Shown here in pieces: positions 1 to 10,605 of a stretch of 64,000 nt of DNA; position 1 is the stretch's first letter, and every line of letters begins with the position of its first letter. The stretch is taken from positions 52,328,001 to 52,392,000 of the forward strand of contig NC_043003.1 of NCBI RefSeq assembly GCF_006345805.1, read 5' to 3'. Under the pieces are notes generated by a model. The model did not search any database. It was not told where the DNA came from and worked only from the letters and a program-made list of their open reading frames with translations. A program made the position numbers and the translations under genes. This stretch comes from Octopus sinensis (Eukaryota).

Positions 1-2072
1 AGAGGGCGGCATCATCAGCAATTAGCATCTCTTTGATCAGGACGTTTCTGATTTTGGTCTTGGCACGCAGGCGCGAGAGATTGAACAGTTTCCCGTCACT
101 TCTACTGTGCAGAAACACTCCATCATCTGATGTCTGAAAGGCATGTGAGAGTAAGAGCGAGAAGAAGATGCCAAATAATGTAGGAGCGAGGACACAACCT
201 TGCTTTACCCCGTTTTTTATTTGGAAGGCGGCTGATGTTGAACCATTGTTCTGTATGGTGCCTTGCATATCATCATGGAAAGACTTGATGATCCTCAGCA
301 GCTTTGGTGGACATCCGATTTTTTGGAGCAGGATGAAGAGGCCTGTTCTGCTTACCGAGTCAAAGGCCTTTGTTAGATCAATGAAGGCCATATATAATGG
401 CATTTTCTGCTCTCTGGACTTCTCCTGAAGTTGGCGTATGGAGAATATCATATCAATAGTTGATCTGCTTCTTCTAAAGCCACACTGCGATTCCGGATAG
501 ATTCGAGAAGCAAGTAGTTGTAGCCTGGCCAGGATAACGCGAGCAAAGGTCTTTCCAACAGTGCTTAGAAGAGATATTCCACGGTAATTGTTACAATCAC
601 CACGGTCACCTTTGTTTTTGTAAAGCGTAATGATGTTAGCATCCCGCATATCCTCAGGGACTGTACCCTCTTCCCAGCACTGACACAGAAGCTCATGAAG
701 GTGCCGAAGCAGGATGGTGTTTTTGCCGGCTTTGATGATCTCTGAGGGGATGCCGTCTTTTCCCGGAGCCTTGTTTCTTGCTAGGGAGTCAATAGCCTTG
801 GTGAGCTCTGCTATAGATGGCGGACTGTCAAGTTCGCACATGACTGACAAGATCTTGACACTCTCGACTGCAGCCGCAGCCAGTGTAGTCTCCCGTGAGT
901 AGAGATCCTGGTAGTGCTCCACCCATCTATCCATTTTCTTGCTTTGACCCCTGATGAGATCTCCAGTAGTTGATTTCAGAGGGGCTGACTTGGTTGCGGA
1001 TGGACCGAGGGCCTTCTTCAAACCGGCGTACATCCCACGGATGTCGCCCCGTCAGCAGCTGACTGGATACTCTGACAGATTTCCTGCCAATACCTATTTG
1101 CACAGCGTCTGGCTGTCAGTTGGGTTTTATTTCTTGCCTTTCTGAGTTCTTCGAGTGACTTTGTAGAAGAATCACTCTTGTATTGCATCAGAGCTGCACG
1201 CTTTGCTTCGATAACTGGCTCCAGCTCTGAGAGCCCAGCATTGAACCAATCTGGGTTTTGCCTTTCTCTCATGCCGAAAGTATCTATTGATGTCGTATGC
1301 AAAGCTTCCCTGATATAATTCCACCTACCTTCAGCAGAGGAGGTTGGGCAGCTACTGAGGGCAACCTTGATAGAAGCAGCAAAAAATTTTCGCAGTGTAG
1401 GGTTCGAGGTTCTGGCAGTGTTAATGCGTGGTCGGCCCACTTTCTTGGAGCGATGGACTTTTTTAGGCAGAATCCTCACCCTACTTCTAATTAGTGAGTG
1501 GTCTGTGTTACAATCCGCGCTGTGGTAACTGCGGGTCAATAGAAGAGAATTCAGAAAGGATCTCCGTGTAATGATGAGATCCAGCTGATGCCAGTGGTGA
1601 GATCTTGGATGTCTCCAAGATGCCTTGTGGGATGGCATGTTGGTAAAGAATGTGTTTGTGATGCACAAGTTATGGTATGTGCAGAATTCGAGTAGTCTCT
1701 GACCATTGTCATTCATGTTGCCAATACAAAAGTGTCCAACACAAATGGGCCACGAATCATGGTCAGATCCCACGCGAGCGTTAAAATCCCCTAGAAGGTA
1801 GATATTTTCAGTTGTTGGTATATTTTTTTATGACACAGTTGAGATCTTTGTAGAACTGGTCCTTGGTATCCTCTGAGCTGTAGAGAGTGGGAGCATAGAT
1901 GTTGAGTAGATGTACTGAGTCAGAAGAAGTCGAGAGGCGCAGTGAGAGGATACGCTCAGTGCCTCCTGATGGTGGTTCTATTGAGGAGAGTAATGAGTTT
2001 CTCACTGCAAAGCCAACGCCATGCTGACGAGGTTCTTCTGGATCGCTTCCCTGCCAAAAGAAGGTGAAATCC
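1..2072 (-). mobile_element. RTE-clade (BovB-like) LINE, 5'-truncated, disrupted ORF (APE endonuclease + RT), runs off the window start
   Basis: Minus-strand translation shows APE motifs (NIYAPT, LLGDFNARVG, NGQRLLEFC, WRHPRSHHWHQLD) and RT motifs (NYRGISLLS, QCGFR, FIDLTKAFDSV, GVKQGCVLAP, IADDAAL). ORF is split into pieces 1808-2005, 1018-1773 and <1010. Confidence 0.92.
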
Positions 2073-2143
2073 TGTTCTTTGATGTATATATATATGTATG
2101 AATATATATATGTATATATATATATGTATATATATATGTATAT

Positions 2144-2540
2144 ACTCTTACTCTTTTACTCTTTTACTTGTTTCAGTCATTTGACTGCGGCCATGCTGGA
2201 GCACCACCTTTAGTCGAGCAAATCGACCCCGGGACTTATTCTTTGTAAGCCCAGTACTTATTCTATCGGTCTCTTTTGCCGAACCGCTAAGTGACGGGTA
2301 CGTAAACACACCAGCATCGGTTGTCAAGCAATGCTAGGGGGACAAACACAGACACACAAACATATACACAAACACTTATATATATATATACATATATACG
2401 ACAGGCTTCTTTCAGTTTCCGTCTACCAAATCCACTCACAAGGCATTGGTCGGCCCGGGGCTATAGCAGAAGACACTTGCCCAAGATGCCACGCAGTGGG
2501 ACTGAACCCGGAACCATGTGGTTGGTTAGCAAGCTACTTA
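2144..2540 (-). mobile_element. tRNA-derived SINE family B (head, core, internal microsatellite, CR1-like tail ending in (TAAAAGAG)n)
   Basis: Head GGAGTGGCTGTGTGGTAAG...GGTTCAGTCCC with A/B-box-like motifs; tail GGTGCTCCAGCATGGCCGCAGTCAAATGACTGAAAC; multiple copies in the window. Confidence 0.85.
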
Positions 2541-2724
2541 CCACACAGCCACTCCTGCGCATATATATATGTATATATATATATATATATAATATATATA
2601 TATATAATATATATATGTATATATATATATATATGTTATATATATGTATATATATATGTATATATATATATATATGTATATATATATTATATTATATATA
2701 TATGTATATATATGTATATATATG

Positions 2725-2755
<31 letters not shown>

Positions 2756-2807
2756 ATATATGTTATATATATATATATATATATATGTATGTTATATATG
2801 TATATAT

Positions 2808-2847
<40 letters not shown>

Positions 2848-2865
2848 TATGTATGTATATATATG

Positions 2866-2903
<38 letters not shown>

Positions 2904-3224
2904 ATATATGTATAATATATATATATATATGTATATGTATATATATGTATGTATATATATATGTTATATATATGTATGTAATATATATATATATATATAT
3001 ATGTATGTATATATATATATTATATATATATATATAATATATATATGTATTATATATATGTATGATATATATATGTATGTATAATATATGTATGTATGTA
3101 TGTATGTATATATATGTATGTATGTATGTATATATATATATATAAATGTATGTATATATATATATATATAAATGTATGTATATATATATATATATAATAT
3201 ATATATGTATGTATGTATATATAT

Positions 3225-3258
<34 letters not shown>

Positions 3259-3279
3259 GTATGTATATTATATATATAT

Positions 3280-3336
<57 letters not shown>

Positions 3337-3398
3337 GTATGTAAATATATATATATGTATGTGTGTGTGCGTATATGTATGTATGTATGTATATATAT

Positions 3399-3429
<31 letters not shown>

Positions 3430-3524
3430 ATATATATGTATGTATGTAAATATATATATATGTATGTATGTGTGTGTGCTATATGTATGTATGTATATAT
3501 ATATATACGACAGATATATGTATC

Positions 3525-3564
<40 letters not shown>

Positions 3565-3578
3565 AATATATATATATA
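2541..3578. repeat. ~1 kb (TA)n/(TATG)n microsatellite
   Basis: Directly visible; source of the YI-rich pseudo-ORFs in the ORF track. Confidence 0.98.
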
Positions 3579-3760
3579 AGTCGATTATAAACTGACAACA
3601 CATGACTTTTGTACAAAAATGCAACGCAATTTATATAGCAGCAGTTGCCCGGGATCAAAATTCGCTTAGTGGGTGCTGACCTAGGACCAACATTTTTTTT
3701 ACAGAAGTAGATTTTTTTCAATGTCAATATTAATACAAATGCAGATATAATAATAATTTT

Positions 3761-4450
3761 TGGTGCTACTTTGGCGTGTGATCTACAAGGGATATTACTT
3801 TAGGTTACTTTTTAGTTGACTTATCAATTTCTAAAAACCCGTAAGATGTTGGTTAAAGGTTTTACAATGTGATCAGCGACGAGGCGAAGGCAGTTGCGTT
3901 TTTACAAGAAACCAGCACTAAATTTACATAATTACATAAGGTACTTTATTTGGCGTGTGATCTATAATTTAAAGGGAGATTACTTTAAGTTACTTTTTAG
4001 TTTACTTTATATTCGTGCTACTTTCTGTGTGATCTACGTGAGTAAATTTAATTTGGTAGGTGATATACGTGCTTATTTTAATTATTATATGGTTTTCTTA
4101 TTATTAAGATAGTAAGAATTTTGAAAAAATACATCTACAATGCTAAGTATCTACAAAATAATTTGAAAAGTAACCTAAAGTAACCTCCCTTGTAGATTAC
4201 TCGCCAAAGTATCACCTAATTCTTATTATCATGCGGGTCAGCTGAAATGTTCATAGGCTGTGTGATCTACGTGAGCAAATTTAATTTGGTAGGTGATATA
4301 CGTGCTTATTTTAATTATTATATGGTTTTCTTATTATTAAGATAGTAAGAATTTTGAAAATATACATCTACAGTGCCAAGTATCTATAAAATAATTTGAA
4401 AAGTAACCTAAAGTAACCTCCCTTGTAGATTACTCGCCAAAGTATCACCT
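3761..4450. mobile_element. Non-autonomous element with ~50-bp inverted repeats; right end duplicated in tandem
   Basis: GGTGCTACTTTGGCGTGTGATCTACAAGGG...TTAGGTTACTTT at 3761-3812 is inverted at ~4165-4218 and again at ~4400-4450; 4026-4260 is repeated at 4260-4493. Confidence 0.55.
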
Positions 4451-4464
4451 AATTTTCATTATTA

Positions 4465-5998
4465 TGCGGGTCAGCTGAAATGTTCATAGGCTGAGCAAGA
4501 CACTCTCATGGAATGTGACCAAATGAAGTTCATTTTTTAACAGTTCCTCTTACTGTCTACGCACATTTCCATCAGTGTTGCAGTGCTTGGATTGCATTGG
4601 TGAACAGCTATCTCATTGGTCAAAAAAATCATCATCTGCAGATAAGACGTCATGATCATAGCGATACTGGTACCCAGCCAAGTGGGGTTTTTTTCTTGTT
4701 AGGAAACAGACACTAGTCAGAGGGAACCAAATCACTAAAATAGGCGGGGTGATCAACCAGTGTAAAGCCAATCACGTACAGCAGCCATTGAAACCAAGAA
4801 CTTGTGTGCCGAAGCATTGTCCTAATGAAACAAAACCCCCTTCTTCAGTTTTTTTTGTTCAAGGTATTTGGCCTTGATAGCCTTTCGTAACAGCCTTAAC
4901 AAGTTGGATTGGAGCTCTCTATTGATGGTGTGATCATTTTGAAGATAATCAATAAGCACAATGCCTTATGCATTCCAAAAGACTGAAGCCATCACCTTCC
5001 CTGCAGACGAAACGACCTTGCTTTCTTTGGAGCTGGTGAAGAGAAGTGTTTCCACTGCATGGATTGCCTCTTTGCTTCTGGTTCAAAGCGATGAAACCAA
5101 CACACATCCCAGGTTAGGAAACGTTCAAAGAAACACGCTGGATCTGCTTCAAACAATATCAGATACAAGGCGGCGAGCTGGCAGAAACGTTAGCACGCCG
5201 GGCGAAATGCTTTGCAGTATTTCGTCTGCCGCTACGTTCTGAGTTCAAATTCCGCCGAGGTCGACTTTGCCTTTCATCCTTTCGGGGTCGATTAAATAAG
5301 TACCAGTTAAGCACTGGAGTCGATGTAATAGACTTAATCCGCTTGTCTGTTCTTGTTTGTCCCCTCTGTGTGTAGCCCCTTGTGGGCAGTAAAGAAATAA
5401 GATATTTCCATAATGTGATCAGCCTGGTGCACTTTTGGTTAAGTGTTAGAAGACGTGGCGCTTATCAAGCAGAAACCTTTGTCGTGTTAAGCTTATTGTG
5501 CAGAATATTCTCCACTTTCTCTCGGGAAATGTTAATATCAGTGATTATTTGCTTTATAGTCAATCGGCTGTATCCATCACCATGAGGTAAACTCGATCAA
5601 TATTTTTCTCGGTGGCGGCAGCTGCAGGGCGTCGAGACCATGGATTTTCTCAAGATTCTCTCTTCCCCGGCTAAATTCAGCTGTCACTTTTGCACTGTGG
5701 ATAAAGCTGGAGCGTCATCCCCTAATGTGTCAACCATTCTCAGCATGAATGTTCTTGAAAGCTAAACTTTTTTTCTACAGGTGATTGATTACAACACGAT
5801 GCCAAATTTTGTCGATTTTCACGAGAAGTTGCTGATGGTTACATTTGAAATTTCTCTGAATAATCAGATGTCAGTTTGCCCGGAAAGAAATAATGCAATT
5901 ATTAATTAAGAAGTTTTGAAATTACTGCAGGCAAGATTCCACAGCCCTCACAGCTCTCCTTCATTGTCAGCTTGTGAATTTTTTAGCCCACTTTCGTA
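4465..5998 (-). mobile_element. Degenerate mariner transposon with both TIRs, interrupted by a SINE
   Basis: TIRs TA-TGCGGGTCAGCTGAAATGTTCATAGGCTGA (4463-4494) and GTCAGCTTGTGAATTTTTTAGCCCACTTTCG-TA (5966-5998). Minus-strand peptides match mariner transposase (DTLGDDAPALSTVQK; SAGKVMASVFWNA*GIVLIDYLQ) with many stops and frameshifts. Confidence 0.88.
5169..5403 (+). mobile_element. tRNA-derived SINE family A (Meta-like core, tail A), inserted in the mariner
   Basis: GGCGGCGAGCTGGCAGAAACGTTAGC...GAGTTCAAATTCC head; core GCCTTTCATCCTTTCGGGGTCGAT; tail TTGTCCCCTCTGTGTGTAGCCCCTTGTGGGCAGTAAAGAAATA. The Meta-domain assignment is from memory. Confidence 0.88.
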
Positions 5999-6007
5999 CC
6001 TCACAAG

Positions 6008-6125
6008 ACTTTGGTCCGCCTGAGGCTATTGTAGAAGACACACGCCCAAGGTGCCACGCAGTGGAACTGAACCCAGAACAATGTAGTTGGGAAGCAAATT
6101 CATTACTACTCAGCCACGTCTGCGC
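6008..6125 (-). mobile_element. SINE family B head fragment
   Basis: Matches 2430-2540. Confidence 0.75.
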
Positions 6126-6254
6126 CTAGAAAATTTCATTAAAATATGTATTTCACAAAGTCCAGATGTGTAAAGCAATTCTTTATTCCAGTTTTTGTTT
6201 TGACCACATAATCGTAAATCCGTCTAACGAAAACGTGTCTGTGAAAATTTTGAT

Positions 6255-6480
6255 TAAACACCATGTCTTCTGATTCTTTTAATTGACATTCTAATCACAT
6301 GTCTGTAGTATCCGAGTAGCGACCTTTCAATGCAGTCAAGTAGCGGTTTGGCATAGTTACACTCCTTGATCTCTGAGTTATGCACCCAGTCGCGTAACGA
6401 TATCCAGACATCCTTCTGAGGAACTCCATTTTGGCTCCATTTCGGTCATTATTCAGTATTCATGACCATAGGTGAAGATA
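6255..6480 (-). mobile_element. RTE-type LINE C-terminal fragment
   Basis: Minus-strand peptide with a frameshift, MEFLRRMSGY / LRDWVHNSEIKEC / LLDCIERSLLGYYRHVIRM, resembles the RTE ORF2 C-terminus. Confidence 0.6.
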
Positions 6481-6568
6481 GGCACGAAAACTGGATTGAA
6501 GCTAGAAGATACAAATTGAAGACACACACACACACACACACAAAATGTCTTAAATTGTAACTGATGAA

Positions 6569-6908
6569 CAGAGGTTCCCAACTAGGCGGTATCGCCCCCA
6601 AGCGGTGGGCTGAGCATGTCGAAGGAGACATTAGGCTTGAGTGGGAAGAGAGGTAACATAATTAATTTACTAAATTTTACCTTTATTAGTAATTATATGA
6701 TAAAACTAGTAATGGTTATTAAAGTGAAATGAGATTTCATCAGGCTCAAGGAAGTTATTAACTTGCAATGTATAAAGTAAATTTACAATTTAAGTCTTTA
6801 TTAATTTTTTTTTATTATTTCACTGTTAAAAACTTATGCAATCCATTTTTGGAATAAACTTTATAGTTAGTTTAGTCAAAAAAAAAAAAAAAAGGTTTTG
6901 AACCACTG
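6569..6908. mobile_element. hAT-type MITE
   Basis: Termini CAGAGGTTCCCAAC and GGTTTTGAACCACTG (Charlie-like CAGTGGTT TIR); flanks CTGATGAA / CTGCAGAA look like a degenerate 8-bp TSD (6 of 8 match). Confidence 0.6.
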
Positions 6909-7451
6909 CTGCAGAACGACTTCTACTTGGTCTCTACGAGGTAACTGCTTAGAACGCAACGTTATTTATTGGTGTAGCGTCATTACAGAAAAGGATAACC
7001 GCTATTGCACAGGATCTATTTTTAGTTCCTTTAAATGTTGCTACCATTTAGTACGAATAGCTTTAGGAATAAAATTTTGCGTAATTCAATTACGAGCTAA
7101 CTGCACATTTTAATCTTAACTCTTTGAATACAAAATACAATCTACACTGGAACATCATAACAAGAGACCCTTCTTACACTGGAAACAAGAAAGGTTGCAA
7201 ATTAGGCCATAAGTGCTGAAAAGAAATTTGCTTAGTGAATGCAAACCCAAGTCCAACTCAAGTTGTTCAAAGCTTTTTCATTGCTCCCGCAAAATTATAT
7301 GGAATGTACTTCCACCCACTGCACACCATGTTTCCTAGTATATGGATTAAGCTTTACGGAAGCACTCTGTATTTTAACCAACAAAAAATTACTTAACCTA
7401 AAACAAGAATGCTTTTTCTGTTGCAAGCACAAAATCTGAAAGTCGTTTAAA

Positions 7452-7861
7452 GGATCTTTTCGGTTTGACCGGCAGTTTTTTCTAGCGGTGTCATATGAAA
7501 TTGTCACCCATAATTATGACCCTAGTATCGATCTATTGTATTTCAATCAGTTTTAGGGTTAGGGGTGGGGGGAAGGGTATCTTTTTTTCTTCAGAAATGT
7601 AAATAAACCCAATCTGTTTCTTAAACGAGGGACATATTCATACGGCACAGAATGTTTTCACCTCAATAGACGTCACTGATTGGTTGAAATTGCAGAAATT
7701 GAAGAAAAAACACACAAATATCTTAGAAACTATAGAATTTTCTCACTAAAGCCAAGAGAAAAAGATGTTTTATAAACACATTCTACCCGTATACGAAGTT
7801 TAAAAGTGTTTAGTTGCGTAGAAATTATTTTTAAAAACTGCCGGTCAAACCGAAAAGATTC
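7452..7861. mobile_element. MITE with GG-terminal TIRs and 8-bp TSD (Merlin-like)
   Basis: TIR GGATCTTTTCGGTTTGACCGGCAGTTTTT; TSD CGTTTAAA at 7444-7451 and 7862-7869; second copy at 18861. Confidence 0.8.
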
Positions 7862-8060
7862 CGTTTAAATTCTACAGATACAATTTCTACATAGGTGAAA
7901 TAGTATAAGAGTTGATTATATTCTTTTAGTTGAGTTTAAGTAACTCTGTTATAGGAACATAAAAACTTTTCAAATAATGGCGGTATAAAATTATTTTATC
8001 TTCACTGCATAAAAAACAACAAATCAATGTAAATATATGTGAAGTTCTTTATTACTATTT

Positions 8061-8120
<60 letters not shown>

Positions 8121-8199
8121 TTCATCTACACAAACACACACATAAGCGAAATGAACATCAGAGATGCATTGCCCCAAGCAAAAATTGCCGGAGCTAATT

Positions 8200-9420
8200 A
8201 GAGATTTTGCAAGCTCTTCTAAATCCATCGCAATACCGAAAACCCTCCTGTGTGGTCAGCAGGTATCAGGGTCACAAAAGTTTCGCTCCTTAGTCTGAAC
8301 GCTTCGCCTGAGTGGAGCGGTGAGGACTGAACAATTCTTCGTCTTTGGAAGGGTGCCACTTGCGCTCTCTTATCAACCATAGCCACCTTGAGCTGGTTCC
8401 AGCTGCCGTGCCTATCTACTTGATGGCATTCCTCAATTCTTTGGGTTCCAGGCCTATCTTCTGTAAGGAAAGCGTACTGAGTTTTATTTCTTTTGGTGGT
8501 AATGGTGGGGAAATAACTCTCAGAAAATGTCCTCTTCTAGTTCAAACGTAAACGTCTTGCAAACCTCCTCAACAATAGTAGGCAGGTTTTGTAAATTTTA
8601 TAGGTGGTGCCAGTGGACCTGAAGCTGAACCTGCGAGAGTTTTCCATCACAACCCTCACTTCATCGAAAGTGAAATTTGCCATGTTGTAGCGGGTGAGGA
8701 GTTGAAGCGTTGGCAGTGGAAAAGGACAATCTCCCAACGGAATTTCTCTTCTGGGTCTGCCATGTACTGCTGTTACTCTGCTCTCCACATCTTGCTTAGC
8801 CTCCCACTTTTGGCTTCCCGAGGTCCGCTGCCAACTGAAAAAAAGATCTTTCTTTGCCTCCACCCCACCTCTCTCTCTCCTTTTTCCGAAGTGACTCTAC
8901 CCTGCAAAGCTGGTGCAGGTTTCACCTTAACACAACGCTAAGTTGGTTTAAAGTCACTTTTCTTTCATCGCCTGCTTGCTTCCACCTTTATTTTAGTTGC
9001 TTTAGCTCTGTCCTCAATCCTGCCATCTGACGCTATTTCATATTAGAACCGTTCTGCTTGTTGCTTTTACTTTCTTTCACATTAAAGGTATCTTGACATG
9101 TCTGGTATACCACTTGCTTCATGGTTCTTATTTTCCTGTTAGCGTCACTCTTCACAATGTTGTCCAGGATAATGTTCAAGTCCATGACAAACTGGCCTAT
9201 CTGAGGTCTGTCACTGGTGACAAAGTTTGCCTTGTTCTTTTCTCAAAGCCTTCGGGGCATTCAGCTTCATCCACTGCTCTTGTGCATTGAGCAAGCTGAG
9301 AAGAGAGGTCCTGGGCACTGTAGTTTACCTCCTGAACCTGGTCTTCCTCCGAGTGACAAGCAGTGCTGATACTCTCCAAACTAAGCCTGTGGGTAGTGTC
9401 AGATGCTTTGCGTTTCTTTA
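8200..9420 (-). mobile_element. HERO-like (R2-superfamily, RLE) non-LTR element, internally deleted and degenerate
   Basis: Pre-RT peptides (LDNIVKSDANRKIRTMKQVV; REIPLGDCP...FDEVRVVMENSR...GTTYKIYKTC) are joined directly to a C-terminal peptide (SLQKIGLEPKELRNAIK*IGTAAGTSSRWLWLIRERKWHP) of HERO type; the RT core is missing. Confidence 0.65.
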
Positions 9421-10605
9421 GCTGCTCTTTGCATTTCGATTATCTTTGATAAATTTTCATCCCACATTCGCTCCTAAATTTGGTTAGGCTGTGTATCGTT
9501 TCCATATAAAACTAAGTAATCATATTAACTCTTCAATGAGTCTGTTGCTGGGATGAGGTGATGGTTAGTTTGCTGAAAGCCGTGTATAAGTAGAGTATAT
9601 CAAGAAACGTTTGAACATGATTTATTATGCCACACTGGTCATAAAGAGATGTTCATGCATTCAGTATACATGTGGAATCATCAAGATGAAAATAGCGGAA
9701 TACAACATGCAAAAAACTGGTTATCCAAAGTTTACCACTGGAGTGGTTTTTACATAATGAATATGTAACGATTGAAATTAATTGTGTAACAATAGTACGA
9801 AATGTCGGAGTCGTTATCATTTTGTAAGGATTGGTTCTTCGTTGATTGCCATTATGTAAAGATGAAAGAACAGTGACTGAAGTTATGAAGAAAATATTTA
9901 TTTACCGTTACAGTGAATATTCCTTGCCTCGACGGGCAGGTGATAAAATCAATCCTAGAGCATGCGAAGTAAAATTAGATGTAGATTTTCCTTGTATAAT
10001 TTTGTGTACTCGTATTCTTAGTAGTTATCCACAGATAGCGATAGTATGATGTTGTAAGAGAACAGACTTAGAGCTAGTGAAAGTTGTAGGGTCGTGGTAA
10101 GTTGTCTCATAGCTGCTGACAGTAAATTTCATTTCTCCCTTTGACCATTGGCTTTAGTAGTTGCCTGCTTGTGACCATGATTCTAGCGTTCCGCTCCCTA
10201 ACTGATGGTAGCTGTCTCTGACTCGAGTTGTCACTCACTAATTAACTGATTGACTGATTGAGTTGTCACGAGCCTACTAACTGAGTTGTCACCAAGTGAC
10301 TAACTGATTTTTGCTTGAGTGTTCTTGTTTTTATAACTATCCAGAAGGATAGACATATTGCTGAGAACTGATTTTTTATTACCCACAAGGGGCGAACATA
10401 GAGGGGACAATACAACCTGATATGGGGTCAGATTTGCGGATGGGATTACAAAAATGATGAGCTTTAAAAAATATACAAAAAATATCAAAAAATCGAATGA
10501 AAGAACAGACCAGAAGACATTACGGATGGAGTGGGGGCGGGTTTAGCTCGGACCCCACGAGCCCCGCCTCACCACTGATACTTTGGTTTTCGTCCTGCTT
10601 TACAT

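Noticed and set aside
168-1494. Plus-strand ORFs opposite the RTE (also 14340-14918, 39524-40835, 58996-59505)
   Set aside because: Antisense shadows of TE coding frames, with no independent motifs.
2321-3727. Long Y/I/H/T/C/V-rich ORFs here and at 17.8-18.5, 25.5-27.0, 38.4-39.2, 45.4-45.9, 47.9-48.3 and 63.2 kb
   Set aside because: They are translations of (TA)n, (TATG)n, (CA)n, (AAT)n and (GAT)n tracts, which lack stops in some frames.
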